39,193 bases of DNA from Promethearchaeota archaeon. GTDB lineage: Archaea > Asgardarchaeota > Lokiarchaeia > Sigyniarchaeales > SOKP01. Every line of letters begins with the position of its first letter. Positions within the stretch are counted from its first letter, which is position 1. The notes beneath the pieces are model-generated. The model made no database searches and was not told the origin of the DNA. It saw nothing but the letters and a program-made list of their open reading frames with translations. The DNA is taken from the NCBI GenBank assembly GCA_019058295.1, contig JAHPZI010000016.1, positions 1 to 39,193 on the forward strand. The letters are read 5' to 3'. Positions 30,135 to 39,193 of this stretch are shown piece by piece. The position numbers and the translations under genes are program-made.

Positions 30135-31019
30135 ATGATCCAGTATATAAACATAATGACCAAGGATGGCAAATCATTGCTATTTAGGAATTATGGAGAT
30201 TCCGAAATTGATAGAGATTTATTGGCGGGATTTTTAAGTGCTTTTTCAGGATTCATGAAAGAAATTAGTCGTTCTGACATTAAAAGTACCTCTACAGAAG
30301 ATTTTAAATATTATTATACCGTGGTTAATTCCTTTATAATAGTTGTATGTGCGGATTTAGAAGATGATGACGCTCAGGTATATTCAAAAATTAATAAAAT
30401 TAGAGCTCAATTTATTACAAATTATGGTAAGATGTTTGAGAATGGCAATTGGGATGGAAATCGCACTATTTTTTACGATTTTGAAAAGGAATTAGATACT
30501 ATCGTTTTAGGCGCATTAAAAGTAAGTATTATTGGATTCGGTGGAGTAGGAAAAACTAGTTTACTTCATCTTATATGCGGAAGAGATATTAATCTTGAGT
30601 ATGTTCCAACGATTACTGCAAACATAAGTTCATTTAAAGGAGGAGAATTAGGTAGCCGAGAGATAGTTTTCTGGGACTTCGCTGGACAGAAACAGTTCAA
30701 GACTTTATGGGGGAGTTTATTAGACAATACACAAATCGCACTTTTAGTATTAGATTCAACTTTTGAGAATTTAAATTCTTCTAAAGAAATTATTAAAGAT
30801 GTTTTGGAAAAATATTACAAAGGTTATTTAATAATAGGAATAGCAAACAAACAAGATTTGTCCCATAGGCTTACTCCTGAATTTTGTGAGAAAATTCTTG
30901 CAAATTTATCTGATAAAATACCCCCTATAAAAGTTCATGGAATGATTGCTATCAATCCAAATTATCGTGAAAAAATTTTAGCAATATTAAGAAACGCTAT
31001 TAATTCATTGAAAAGTTAA
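30135..31019 (+). CDS. Longin-domain / small GTPase fusion
   Basis: N-term longin pattern (IMTKDGKSLLFRNY, LLAGFLSAFSGF); GFGGVGKTS, YVPT, WDFAGQ, NKQD. Confidence 0.85.
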   Translation: MIQYINIMTKDGKSLLFRNYGDSEIDRDLLAGFLSAFSGFMKEISRSDIKSTSTEDFKYYYTVVNSFIIVVCADLEDDDAQVYSKINKIRAQFITNYGKMFENGNWDGNRTIFYDFEKELDTIVLGALKVSIIGFGGVGKTSLLHLICGRDINLEYVPTITANISSFKGGELGSREIVFWDFAGQKQFKTLWGSLLDNTQIALLVLDSTFENLNSSKEIIKDVLEKYYKGYLIIGIANKQDLSHRLTPEFCEKILANLSDKIPPIKVHGMIAINPNYREKILAILRNAINSLKS

Positions 31020-31024
31020 ATTAG

Positions 31025-32779
31025 GTGAATTATTTGATTGAATTTGAAATAGAAGATATAAAATTTGAAGAAGGTAAAAATGGTATAAAAATCCTAAAAT
31101 TGCCCAACTTAACTGAGGAAGAGATAAAGTTAATCGATCCAATAGTTGCTCCAACGTCTGGGTTGAGAATTCAAATCTATGATATTATAGAAGAGAATGA
31201 AAAATATTTACTAACAAAACGCAACTTATACCTATTTCTTAGAATGTTTAAGGCAATCAGCCTAAAATTTAAAGAATTAAAAAATAATCAAAATTTAAAA
31301 ATTCTTTTATTCACTGATAATAGACCGAGTAAGGACATCTTATTAAACTACTGTTCACAAATTTTTGCTTATGATGGCTTCGAAATCTATTATCAAAAAG
31401 ATAATCCTGGTGAATCCAAAATTTCTTCTCCATATGGAGCAGCTTCGGTTGCTTTATATGAAGATATAAATTTAATTATTGTATTAACCGCTAGTCATAA
31501 TGATTTATCTTGGAATGGTATCAAATTATATATAGATTATCCTATTCCCATGTCAGGTGTTATCTTTAAAGATATTTCTAAAAAAGCTCTTGAGGTAAAA
31601 GAAATTCATTTACAAACAGAATTCACACCGATTGGCATAGACGCAGAACAAAAAAATAACGATTATGTTGTTAATCTATTATCAAAAGTTATAGAAATTG
31701 AAAGTTTAAAGAATAAAAACATTGTTATTTGGCCTTATTTGGGTAAAGCTAGAGGTATTGTTAATTTATTTAAACAATATGGCGCAAATGTTGTTCTTAT
31801 CGAAGAGGAACTCAATCCTCCTAATCCTTTGAAGAATCTACAAGAATCTAAATTGCAGAGAATTATGGCTCAAGCAGATTCTAACTTGGCATTATTGCTT
31901 GATGCTGATAGAGACAGAATTGTATTGTATGTAAAGCAGAATGGAGAATATTTCACCTATATCCCTAATGAAATCTATTCAGCTATGCACAATATCTTAG
32001 CTCGTAATTTCAATAAAAAAATTATAAATATAAGGACAATTCCGAGTGATTTAAGAGGAGATGAGACAAGTTTCATTAATCTTCTCAGCGGAGTTGGCTA
32101 TAAGCACATCGGGATTTTATTATATTTTCTATTAGGTATCGAAGTAGAACAGTCCAAGGTAGACACAGCAATTTTATATATGGAAGATGAGAACAAAAAG
32201 TTAATAAAATTTAATAATCCTGCCCCTTTAAGAAGACAGATAATCTCTCTGATGGAGAAGCAAGGAATTGAGGATGAAAGCTTCATCATAGTGATGTGGG
32301 AGGAATCTGGGGGGCATACTTTAAATGTTTTAAAGGTATCCAAGAATTCTGAGACAGGAGAATTTGAATTTTCCTCAGACTTTACAATTATCGCTGACAA
32401 ATATCCCGTGCCTGCATTAGTCTTGATTTCAGAACTAATATGTAGAGGATTTGTGATTTCTAAGTCAATAGATTGGTCAATTGTAGGAATTAACAGAACA
32501 ATCCCTGCCACAGATGAAGAGAAAGTTAGAATAATGAAAAACTTTGAAAATAACGATGATAAAACTATTAGTATTAAGGATAAAGAATATAAGATAAAGT
32601 CCTTATCAGATAATAATGGGATGATAGATATTTATCAATTAAAAAGTGTTGATTCTACCTTATATTTTAGACCTTCTGGGACGGGTCCTGATGTTAGGTT
32701 CTATATTTTTGGTAAAAGAGAAACATATTTAAAAGAAATCCAGACCGTAATGAAAAATATCGAAGAAAATTTTAAATAA
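31025..32779 (+). CDS. Phosphoglucomutase/phosphomannomutase (alpha-D-phosphohexomutase) family
   Basis: TASHN phosphoserine loop, DADRDR metal loop, WEESG, FRPSGT. Confidence 0.88.
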   Translation: MNYLIEFEIEDIKFEEGKNGIKILKLPNLTEEEIKLIDPIVAPTSGLRIQIYDIIEENEKYLLTKRNLYLFLRMFKAISLKFKELKNNQNLKILLFTDNRPSKDILLNYCSQIFAYDGFEIYYQKDNPGESKISSPYGAASVALYEDINLIIVLTASHNDLSWNGIKLYIDYPIPMSGVIFKDISKKALEVKEIHLQTEFTPIGIDAEQKNNDYVVNLLSKVIEIESLKNKNIVIWPYLGKARGIVNLFKQYGANVVLIEEELNPPNPLKNLQESKLQRIMAQADSNLALLLDADRDRIVLYVKQNGEYFTYIPNEIYSAMHNILARNFNKKIINIRTIPSDLRGDETSFINLLSGVGYKHIGILLYFLLGIEVEQSKVDTAILYMEDENKKLIKFNNPAPLRRQIISLMEKQGIEDESFIIVMWEESGGHTLNVLKVSKNSETGEFEFSSDFTIIADKYPVPALVLISELICRGFVISKSIDWSIVGINRTIPATDEEKVRIMKNFENNDDKTISIKDKEYKIKSLSDNNGMIDIYQLKSVDSTLYFRPSGTGPDVRFYIFGKRETYLKEIQTVMKNIEENFK

Positions 32780-32831
32780 ATTTCTTATCTAACATATTAG
32801 TTATTAACTCTAATTGTTATTTTTTTTAATT

Positions 32832-34010
32832 TCAAATCTTTTTCTTACTTTTTACTCTTTTTCTTTCTTTTAAGTAATGAGAGATAAAACCAAATATTAT
32901 CTTTCGATACATTTTTTTTGCTAAATCAGGACCGAGTGCTTCAGGTGCATATGCTCCGCGTTTCCTTATTTTCCCTAAAGCTATTTCTTCTGAGAGGACT
33001 GCGATGGGAATTGAGGTGTCCATAGCCATGTCAAAATATTCTGGATTAAATCCTTTTACAGTTAGCTTTTTTATTTTAATTTTTTTTTTGCCCTTTCTCA
33101 ATCCCTTTACTTTAACTTGAATACCTCCACCAAAGTTCGCTGTTTCATAATCAATTTTACTTAAATCTATATGCTTGCCAAGTTCCAATTTCATATATTC
33201 ATAGGGAGCTTCAGCTTTAGCACTCTCAATTATAATTTTTTCTAAATCTAATCTTTTTTCCAATGCTTCTCGAAATACTTCACTTAATCCAAAAGGTACT
33301 ATGTTTCCTTTACAAGAAGCAGAACGGAGGTTTGGAAAATAAAGAGGTAATGTTATAGGTTCACTATGACCTGAATGATATACTAAGCAAGGTGTTTTAT
33401 TAAGAATTATTTCTTCTGCCCCATCTTTAAATCCAGTTACGGTAATAATATTGCCATCCTTATATGTTGGGATTTCTCCAAATTCCTCATTTATAAAATC
33501 TATTAGAGTGCCTATTCCTTCAGAAATATCTATGGTCTCAACATCACCCATTCCAGTAACCCATGCGATGTGTGCTTCGAGGACTGTATCAAACTTAGAT
33601 GCTAATTTTGCTACTAGAAGATTTGTGATACCTGGAGACGCTCCTAGGCCTGTTATTAATGTTAGCCCTGCTTCTTTCCATTTTTCATTTTGTGAAAGTA
33701 GAGCTTTTGTTATTTCGATATCTGCGCAAGCATCAGTATAATGAATTCCGGCTTTAAAAGCAGCATCAGCTACTATAGTTCCATGTCGAAAATAAGGTGC
33801 TACCACGTTTATTGCCAAATCTACTTCTTTTAGAGTTTCTACTAATAAGTCATTATTATAAATATCTACTATTCTCTCCTCTACACCCATTAATCCCGTT
33901 TTCGTTAAATCTAATGCTAAAACTTTATCAATTTTACCCCTTTCAACAAGTGCTTTACACGAAGCACTTCCAACATAACCTTGTGCTCCAATAACTGCTA
34001 TAGAAGTCAT
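32832..34010 (-). CDS. Saccharopine dehydrogenase-like NAD(P)-binding oxidoreductase
   Basis: VIGAQGYVG, INVVAPYFRHG, GLGASPGITN, HSEPITLP, GAYAPE. Confidence 0.85.
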   Translation of the reverse strand: MTSIAVIGAQGYVGSASCKALVERGKIDKVLALDLTKTGLMGVEERIVDIYNNDLLVETLKEVDLAINVVAPYFRHGTIVADAAFKAGIHYTDACADIEITKALLSQNEKWKEAGLTLITGLGASPGITNLLVAKLASKFDTVLEAHIAWVTGMGDVETIDISEGIGTLIDFINEEFGEIPTYKDGNIITVTGFKDGAEEIILNKTPCLVYHSGHSEPITLPLYFPNLRSASCKGNIVPFGLSEVFREALEKRLDLEKIIIESAKAEAPYEYMKLELGKHIDLSKIDYETANFGGGIQVKVKGLRKGKKKIKIKKLTVKGFNPEYFDMAMDTSIPIAVLSEEIALGKIRKRGAYAPEALGPDLAKKMYRKIIFGFISHYLKERKRVKSKKKI

Positions 34011-34117
34011 ACTTACTTATTTTTCATAATGTAGCTAAGAATAATATAATTATATTTTTATAATTATATAAAGTGTCCAAGATAAAAAAAAATATCTCTA
34101 ACTTTAATCAGTTTGAA

Positions 34118-35740
34118 TTAATCCTTTTGAATAACTCCAGGTATGAGTATATTTTGTTGTGCTAATACCAGAATTCCTTTTTGTTGAAGTTGTTTCATTG
34201 TTAACAATGTTTTTTCTTCGTTCCATTCTAATCCATTAATAAAGTCTTCTTTCTTCATTGTTTCTTTACCAATGGCAAAATTAAGAAACTCTTTCTGACT
34301 TTCAGTTAAATCAATCTCATTAAACAGATAAAAGTCATATTCTCCAATTTTTATTGTGTCAACAATCATTTTTAGCTCGATTAATTGATTTAGTACAGTT
34401 TTTAAAATCTCTTCAGAAAAATCTCCTAATTCCTGGGTGAGATATTCTTTAATTTTTTCATATTGCGCTATACCGCCGTTAATTAGAGAGAATTTTTCAT
34501 GATATTCTAAAACTTTTTCAGAGATCTGATTTTCTAAAATTTGGGGATCTCTTGTTAAACCCTTATCTGCTTTTACTGGCACTATATCATCCAGAGCCTC
34601 CATCGCACCCAATAAGGCATCTTTATCCATAATTTCTTGTTCTTCTTGGAGTTTCTGCTTTTCACTGGGCATATCTTTCACTTCTGCTGAAGGGATTTCC
34701 ATTTTTTCAACCTGAGAAAGTCTTTGTTTTAATTTTTCTTTTCTTTCTATTTGTAGTTTTTTCTTGTTTAATTCTTTATCTTTAGCCTCTTGAATTATTT
34801 TTTCAATAGTATTATTCCACACCTTTCTATCCTCTATCTTTCCAAATCCTCTAACAGCAATTCTATCATCAAAACGAGTATCTAATCCTTGATCGCTTAA
34901 ACTTTTAATTACATTTTTTGCATGTTCTTCCTTCCATTCCGTTAATTCCAATAATTTTCTAAATGTTAGGTCCTCATCGTAGGCAAAAGTTAAGAGAACT
35001 TTTTCAGCAAGCGAAAAATCAAATTTTTCCTCTCCTAATACAATTACATGAAAAGTCGGATTAACTTCAATAACATCTCCCACCAAGTTAGTCTCCTTCA
35101 TAATGTTTACGATTGGAAGAATATCCTCATCTTTTAGCCTTTTATTATTTGATAGTACATGATATTTTAATCGTTGAATCGGGATTAATCTATAATGATC
35201 TAATTTATGTTCACCAATTAATGATTTAAATTGACGAGACATTCTATCGTAAAACATTCCTACTCCTGCGTCAGTTTTTTTAGGACTAACTCTATAAGAT
35301 TCCTCATCATATGATTCGAGCAATGAAATAGCTGCTTTAAGCTCCTTCATATCTGAAAGTCTCTCTTCTTCAGTTGTTGGCATAGCAGAATCTAATCTTT
35401 CCACAAAAGTATCGAATTGTTTACCTGCTTTTTTAATTTGTCTTTTTTCTTTAAACTTATATTGATATTGATCTTCAGAAACGTCTCTCACTTTATCGAA
35501 GAGCTTGAATAAAGTTTTACTTTTTACCTCCCTCTCAATCTCCTCTTGAGTTTTAGCGATAAGTTCGGAAGTTTGAGTGAATTTTTCCTTCGCTAAATCC
35601 CTATCTTTGTCTAATACGAATTTAACTAAAATATTATCTATTGAACTACTTTCTTCTTTCTCAATTTCTTCTAAAAATTGCTTTCTGTCTCTAAATGTTT
35701 TAATTTTATTTAAAAAATCTAAAATGATATTTTTTTTCAT
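34118..35740 (-). CDS. ESCRT-II-like protein with two EAP30 (Vps22/Vps36) winged-helix modules
   Basis: KQFDTFVERL...GVGMFY...LTEWKEEHAKNVIKSLSDQG and INGGI...LTESQKEFLNFA...LEWNEEKTLLTMKQLQQKG resemble Vps22/SNF8 motifs. Confidence 0.6.
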   Translation of the reverse strand: MKKNIILDFLNKIKTFRDRKQFLEEIEKEESSSIDNILVKFVLDKDRDLAKEKFTQTSELIAKTQEEIEREVKSKTLFKLFDKVRDVSEDQYQYKFKEKRQIKKAGKQFDTFVERLDSAMPTTEEERLSDMKELKAAISLLESYDEESYRVSPKKTDAGVGMFYDRMSRQFKSLIGEHKLDHYRLIPIQRLKYHVLSNNKRLKDEDILPIVNIMKETNLVGDVIEVNPTFHVIVLGEEKFDFSLAEKVLLTFAYDEDLTFRKLLELTEWKEEHAKNVIKSLSDQGLDTRFDDRIAVRGFGKIEDRKVWNNTIEKIIQEAKDKELNKKKLQIERKEKLKQRLSQVEKMEIPSAEVKDMPSEKQKLQEEQEIMDKDALLGAMEALDDIVPVKADKGLTRDPQILENQISEKVLEYHEKFSLINGGIAQYEKIKEYLTQELGDFSEEILKTVLNQLIELKMIVDTIKIGEYDFYLFNEIDLTESQKEFLNFAIGKETMKKEDFINGLEWNEEKTLLTMKQLQQKGILVLAQQNILIPGVIQKD

Positions 35741-35914
35741 TCAATAGCCTTTTATTCTTTCTTTCTTAAGTTAATAATTATTAGCTAAATTAAAATTATT
35801 ATGGAATATTTTTTTTTCCATTCGATATCTTAAATTTAATTGTAATTATACATTTAAAATAATTAAAACAATTTCTTTTAAATTTAAATATTAATAACTC
35901 TTCTTGATAAAAAT

Positions 35915-37180
35915 ATGGACATGCAAGAAAAAATTATCAAGGATGAAATCCTTGAAAAGATGAGTTTGGAAAATGCTTTTAAAATCCTTAATGATAATCT
36001 ATTCCCAATGCTAAATGATGAAGAACAGGGATTTTGCCAAGAGCTTCAAGAATTTTGCTTAGAATTACATCCCCAAATAGATAAAAATAAAGATGTATAT
36101 GTTTTATTCCCAGAATTAGGAAAAGCAGGATATATGCAGCGAATTAATAAATGGAGAGATTTTACTCCTTATGGAATGAAAAAAGAAATTTTAATGGCAT
36201 TGCATTTATCAATCTTGGATCCTCAGTTAGAATTAGCTCGTTTAGCAAGCGGTATTCTATGTGGAAATCCTACTTTTCATTATTATCATCACGGAGGTGA
36301 AAGTGATGAAATTTACAAAGTTCAAGATGGTTTGCTATCAGGTCAAAAGATTGGATGCATCGGCATTACAGAGCCAGAAAGAGGGTCAGACGCGGTAAAT
36401 ATGCTAATGAAATGTACAAAAACCGATGATGGGGTTATCTATAATGGTGAAAAAGTGTTTACTACAAATGGACCAAAATCAGACTATGTTTGTACTTATG
36501 GTGTATATGATGAAGCACATCCGCGACAAACAATGGTACAAGCGATGATCAGTCGTGATTTCGGATATGAAACTAGAAGATTAAAAATAAATTCAGTCCC
36601 GAGGGTCCATATTGCTCATACAATAATGAATAATGTTAAAGTGCCTAAAGATTATATTCTAGCTGATGATGGAGCGGGATATACAAGACTTTTCGAAGGA
36701 TTAGTACCTGAGAGATTAGGAATTATGGGAAGCGGAGTTGGTATATGCTGGGGTGCTCTCATTTACGCAATAATTTATGTCAATTTAAGACAGCAATTTG
36801 GCCAGCAAATAATTAAATATCAGGGTGTTGGATTTAGTTTAGCAGATTTGTTATCTCAAACTACCGCAGCAACTACATTAGCATTAAATGTTGCAACTAT
36901 TTATGATGATAAAGTATTATTTGCAGAAGAAAGAAATCCAACTGCAGAAAAATGGTGTGCTGCTGTATCTTCTCAAGGAAAATACATTCTCTCAAAACTT
37001 ACCCACACAATATGTTATGAGGTGCAACAGCAAATGGGAGGAATCTCTGTAATCTCTGATAATACGCCCATCGATGAGTTTATGGACACGAGTAAAATAG
37101 AAGAAGTTATCGGAGGTGCAAGGAACATACAGCTATTTATAATACAGAATCTCTTAAGAAGATACGGAAGAGATCTCTAA
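35915..37180 (+). CDS. Acyl-CoA dehydrogenase
   Basis: GITEPERGSDA, NGEKVFTTNG, RQQFGQQI..YQGV, QQMGG, IEEVIGGA. Confidence 0.92.
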   Translation: MDMQEKIIKDEILEKMSLENAFKILNDNLFPMLNDEEQGFCQELQEFCLELHPQIDKNKDVYVLFPELGKAGYMQRINKWRDFTPYGMKKEILMALHLSILDPQLELARLASGILCGNPTFHYYHHGGESDEIYKVQDGLLSGQKIGCIGITEPERGSDAVNMLMKCTKTDDGVIYNGEKVFTTNGPKSDYVCTYGVYDEAHPRQTMVQAMISRDFGYETRRLKINSVPRVHIAHTIMNNVKVPKDYILADDGAGYTRLFEGLVPERLGIMGSGVGICWGALIYAIIYVNLRQQFGQQIIKYQGVGFSLADLLSQTTAATTLALNVATIYDDKVLFAEERNPTAEKWCAAVSSQGKYILSKLTHTICYEVQQQMGGISVISDNTPIDEFMDTSKIEEVIGGARNIQLFIIQNLLRRYGRDL

Positions 37181-37250
37181 AATCTTTAAATTAAAATATT
37201 CTTTCTTTTTTATTTCTTTTATCAAATAATAAAGGTTATTTTTATAATTT

Positions 37251-37973
37251 TTATTGTAGAGTTTTAATTTCACAACTCAAATGGGAGAAATATCCTTCAT
37301 TTAAGAAATACAATGTCATATTAGATAATTCTTTTTTCAATAAAAGACCAAATTCCTCAAGTTTTTCAATATATTTTGAGATTGTATTAGAATGGATTTC
37401 AAGTTCTTTTGAAAGGTAATTTTTTGAATAGCCTTCGTTGTTTTGCTTAATATATTGGATTATTTTTTTGCATTTCTCTCTTGAAATGATATGAAGAATT
37501 TCATCGTTTTTGGAAGGTAATTTTGAATCGAAATATGCATCAAAGTTTTCTATTTTTACTTTCCTGATAAGATTAAATTTTAATAATATATTCAAATGCC
37601 ATTCAACACTAAATACACTAATATTTAGAGATTTAACTAATTTATTGAAATGAATCCCGGGATTTTTGGTAATAAATTCATATATTTTTTTCCTATTCAA
37701 ATTTGAGAAAATATTGGATTTTATTAATTTTGAGCCCTCAACAATAATATTATTTTCTACAAGCGATTTGAGAATTTCACAGATACCATTATAGCTAATA
37801 TTTTTTTTTTTTTTTGCTATTTTAGCATTTAGAAAAGGAATTATTTCGATTTTATTAAAAGTTCTATTCTTGTTAAGATATTCCTGAATAATATTTAATA
37901 CTAATCTCTGTTCTTCTGAAAGGTCATTTAACGTGTCATATAAAATCTCGTTTGAAATTTTATTCGCCTTCAT
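37251..37973 (-). CDS. Winged-helix transcriptional regulator (multiple wHTH)
   Basis: NRKKIYEFITKNPGIHFNKL...WHLNILLKFNLI; second HTH LSKELEIHSNTISKYIEKLEEFGLL. Confidence 0.88.
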   Translation of the reverse strand: MKANKISNEILYDTLNDLSEEQRLVLNIIQEYLNKNRTFNKIEIIPFLNAKIAKKKKNISYNGICEILKSLVENNIIVEGSKLIKSNIFSNLNRKKIYEFITKNPGIHFNKLVKSLNISVFSVEWHLNILLKFNLIRKVKIENFDAYFDSKLPSKNDEILHIISREKCKKIIQYIKQNNEGYSKNYLSKELEIHSNTISKYIEKLEEFGLLLKKELSNMTLYFLNEGYFSHLSCEIKTLQ

Positions 37974-37975
37974 AA

Positions 37976-39193
37976 TTAAGAATTTAGCCTTTTTAAGATC
38001 TTATCAAGAATTTCATTTCTTTCTTTGGGAGAAAAATGCAGCATTTCTTTAAGAAATTCTCTTTTTTCTTCATCTTCTACATTTAATAAATCCAATTTTC
38101 TAAGAAACTCGTCAGATACTGCAGTTAAATCTATATTATCTAATATATTATCTAATATAGCATCATTTCTTTTGGTCTTTTTTGTATCAAATATTTGGCG
38201 TAATAAGTTTTTATTAGGTAGTTCCTTTAAGAGTTCTTTAGAAGATGGAGTAGAAGGGAAATTTTTGGAATATTCATGAAATTTTCCTTTAAGAATTGAT
38301 TTAGCTTTTTTCTTTCTTTGTGGCTTATAATATATATTTTTCTTTCTGTGTTGGTTATAATATAAAGAAGTAGCAGCAATACCACTTACAGAACCGATAC
38401 CGAAGATTATTATTATTATTGATATTATTCCATTCTCATCCTCACCCTGATCATCATCACCACCGTCATCATCTGGGTACCATGGGTACCATGGGTACCA
38501 TTCCTTAGTACAGTCAAATCTCCAGAGGTCATTCATAAACCCAAGATCACCTGATTCGTCAAAGCCAAACCCTCCGAATAACCATAAATCTCCATCCGTA
38601 TCGGTCCAAGAAACAGAACGATCTCTAGCTCCAGGGCAATTCGCCCCATCAAGAACTCCCTTCGTGCCATATTCACCTTTTTGATTTGTAGTGTTACTCC
38701 CCGACATCCACGTCCACTCATTTGAGGTGATAGTAAATCTCCAGAGGTCATTTAGCCACCCAATATCATCTGATTCGTCAATACCATCTCCTCCAAATAA
38801 CCATAAATTTCCGTCCGTATCCGTCCAAGAAACAGGATCAAATCTAGCTCCTGGATAATTCGCCATATCAGGAACTCCCTTCGTGCCATATTCACCTTTT
38901 TGATTTGTAGTGTTACTCCCCGACATCCACGCCCATTCCTTTGAGGTGATGTTAAATCTCCAGAGGTCATTTAGTCGCCCACTATTACCTGATTCGGGAT
39001 ACCCAGAACCTCCGAATAACCATAAATTACCGTCCGTATCCGTCCAAGAACCAGGAGGAGAGTATCTACTTCCCGGATAATTCACCATATCAGGAATTCC
39101 CTTCGTGCCAAATATACCATTCTGATTTGTGGTTTTATTCCCGGACATCCACGTCCACTCCTTTGAGGTGATGTTAAATCTCCAGAGGTCATT
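37976..39193 (-). CDS. Kelch/galactose-oxidase beta-propeller membrane-anchored protein (5' end outside window)
   Basis: Repeats of YPGAR...SWTDTDGNLWLFGG...LNDLWRF; acidic linker, single TM, basic cytoplasmic tail; frame open to window edge. Confidence 0.85.
   Translation of the reverse strand, partial: NDLWRFNITSKEWTWMSGNKTTNQNGIFGTKGIPDMVNYPGSRYSPPGSWTDTDGNLWLFGGSGYPESGNSGRLNDLWRFNITSKEWAWMSGSNTTNQKGEYGTKGVPDMANYPGARFDPVSWTDTDGNLWLFGGDGIDESDDIGWLNDLWRFTITSNEWTWMSGSNTTNQKGEYGTKGVLDGANCPGARDRSVSWTDTDGDLWLFGGFGFDESGDLGFMNDLWRFDCTKEWYPWYPWYPDDDGGDDDQGEDENGIISIIIIIFGIGSVSGIAATSLYYNQHRKKNIYYKPQRKKKAKSILKGKFHEYSKNFPSTPSSKELLKELPNKNLLRQIFDTKKTKRNDAILDNILDNIDLTAVSDEFLRKLDLLNVEDEEKREFLKEMLHFSPKERNEILDKILKRLNS
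38474..38500. repeat. 9-bp tandem repeat x3 (WYPWYPWYP)
   Basis: tgggtacca x3. Confidence 0.9.
38516..39193. repeat. ~219-bp intragenic tandem repeats (Kelch blades)
   Basis: tccagaggtcatt recurs at 38521, 38740, 38959 and 39181. Confidence 0.9.

Noticed and set aside
2526-38970. Short overlapping or antisense ORFs in the track (e.g. 2526, 3830, 15570, 19218, 28303, 32098, 38533)
   Set aside because: Shadows of well-supported genes, with no recognisable motifs
38516-39193. CRISPR-like periodic repeats
   Set aside because: Period is 219-222 bp, in frame, and encodes Kelch blades

Overview
AT-rich, gene-dense archaeal window, most likely from an Asgard archaeon (Lokiarchaeia/Promethearchaeota-like). 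The assignment is inferred from a Rab-like GTPase, a longin-GTPase fusion, an ESCRT-II (EAP30)-like protein, hdrA-mvhD, a PUA protein and GGAGG/GGTG ribosome-binding sites. The main candidate novel system is a tightly packed minus-strand operon at 14960-20701: HAD phosphatase, double-domain PlsC acyltransferase, and a three-subunit activase/reductase resembling bacterial plasmalogen synthase PlsA/PlsR and glycerol-ester reductase Ger. A ferredoxin and a catalytically degenerate third PlsC lie nearby. This suggests bacterial-type acyl-glycerolipid synthesis with conversion to ether/plasmalogen lipids in an archaeon. Other points of note: a tandem Vps22/36-like protein, probable ATA/ATT start codons, gene remnants flanking a methyltransferase, and a Kelch membrane protein coupled to a wHTH regulator. 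No rRNA, tRNA, CRISPR array or transposase was recognised. All family assignments come from motif recognition by eye, not database searches.
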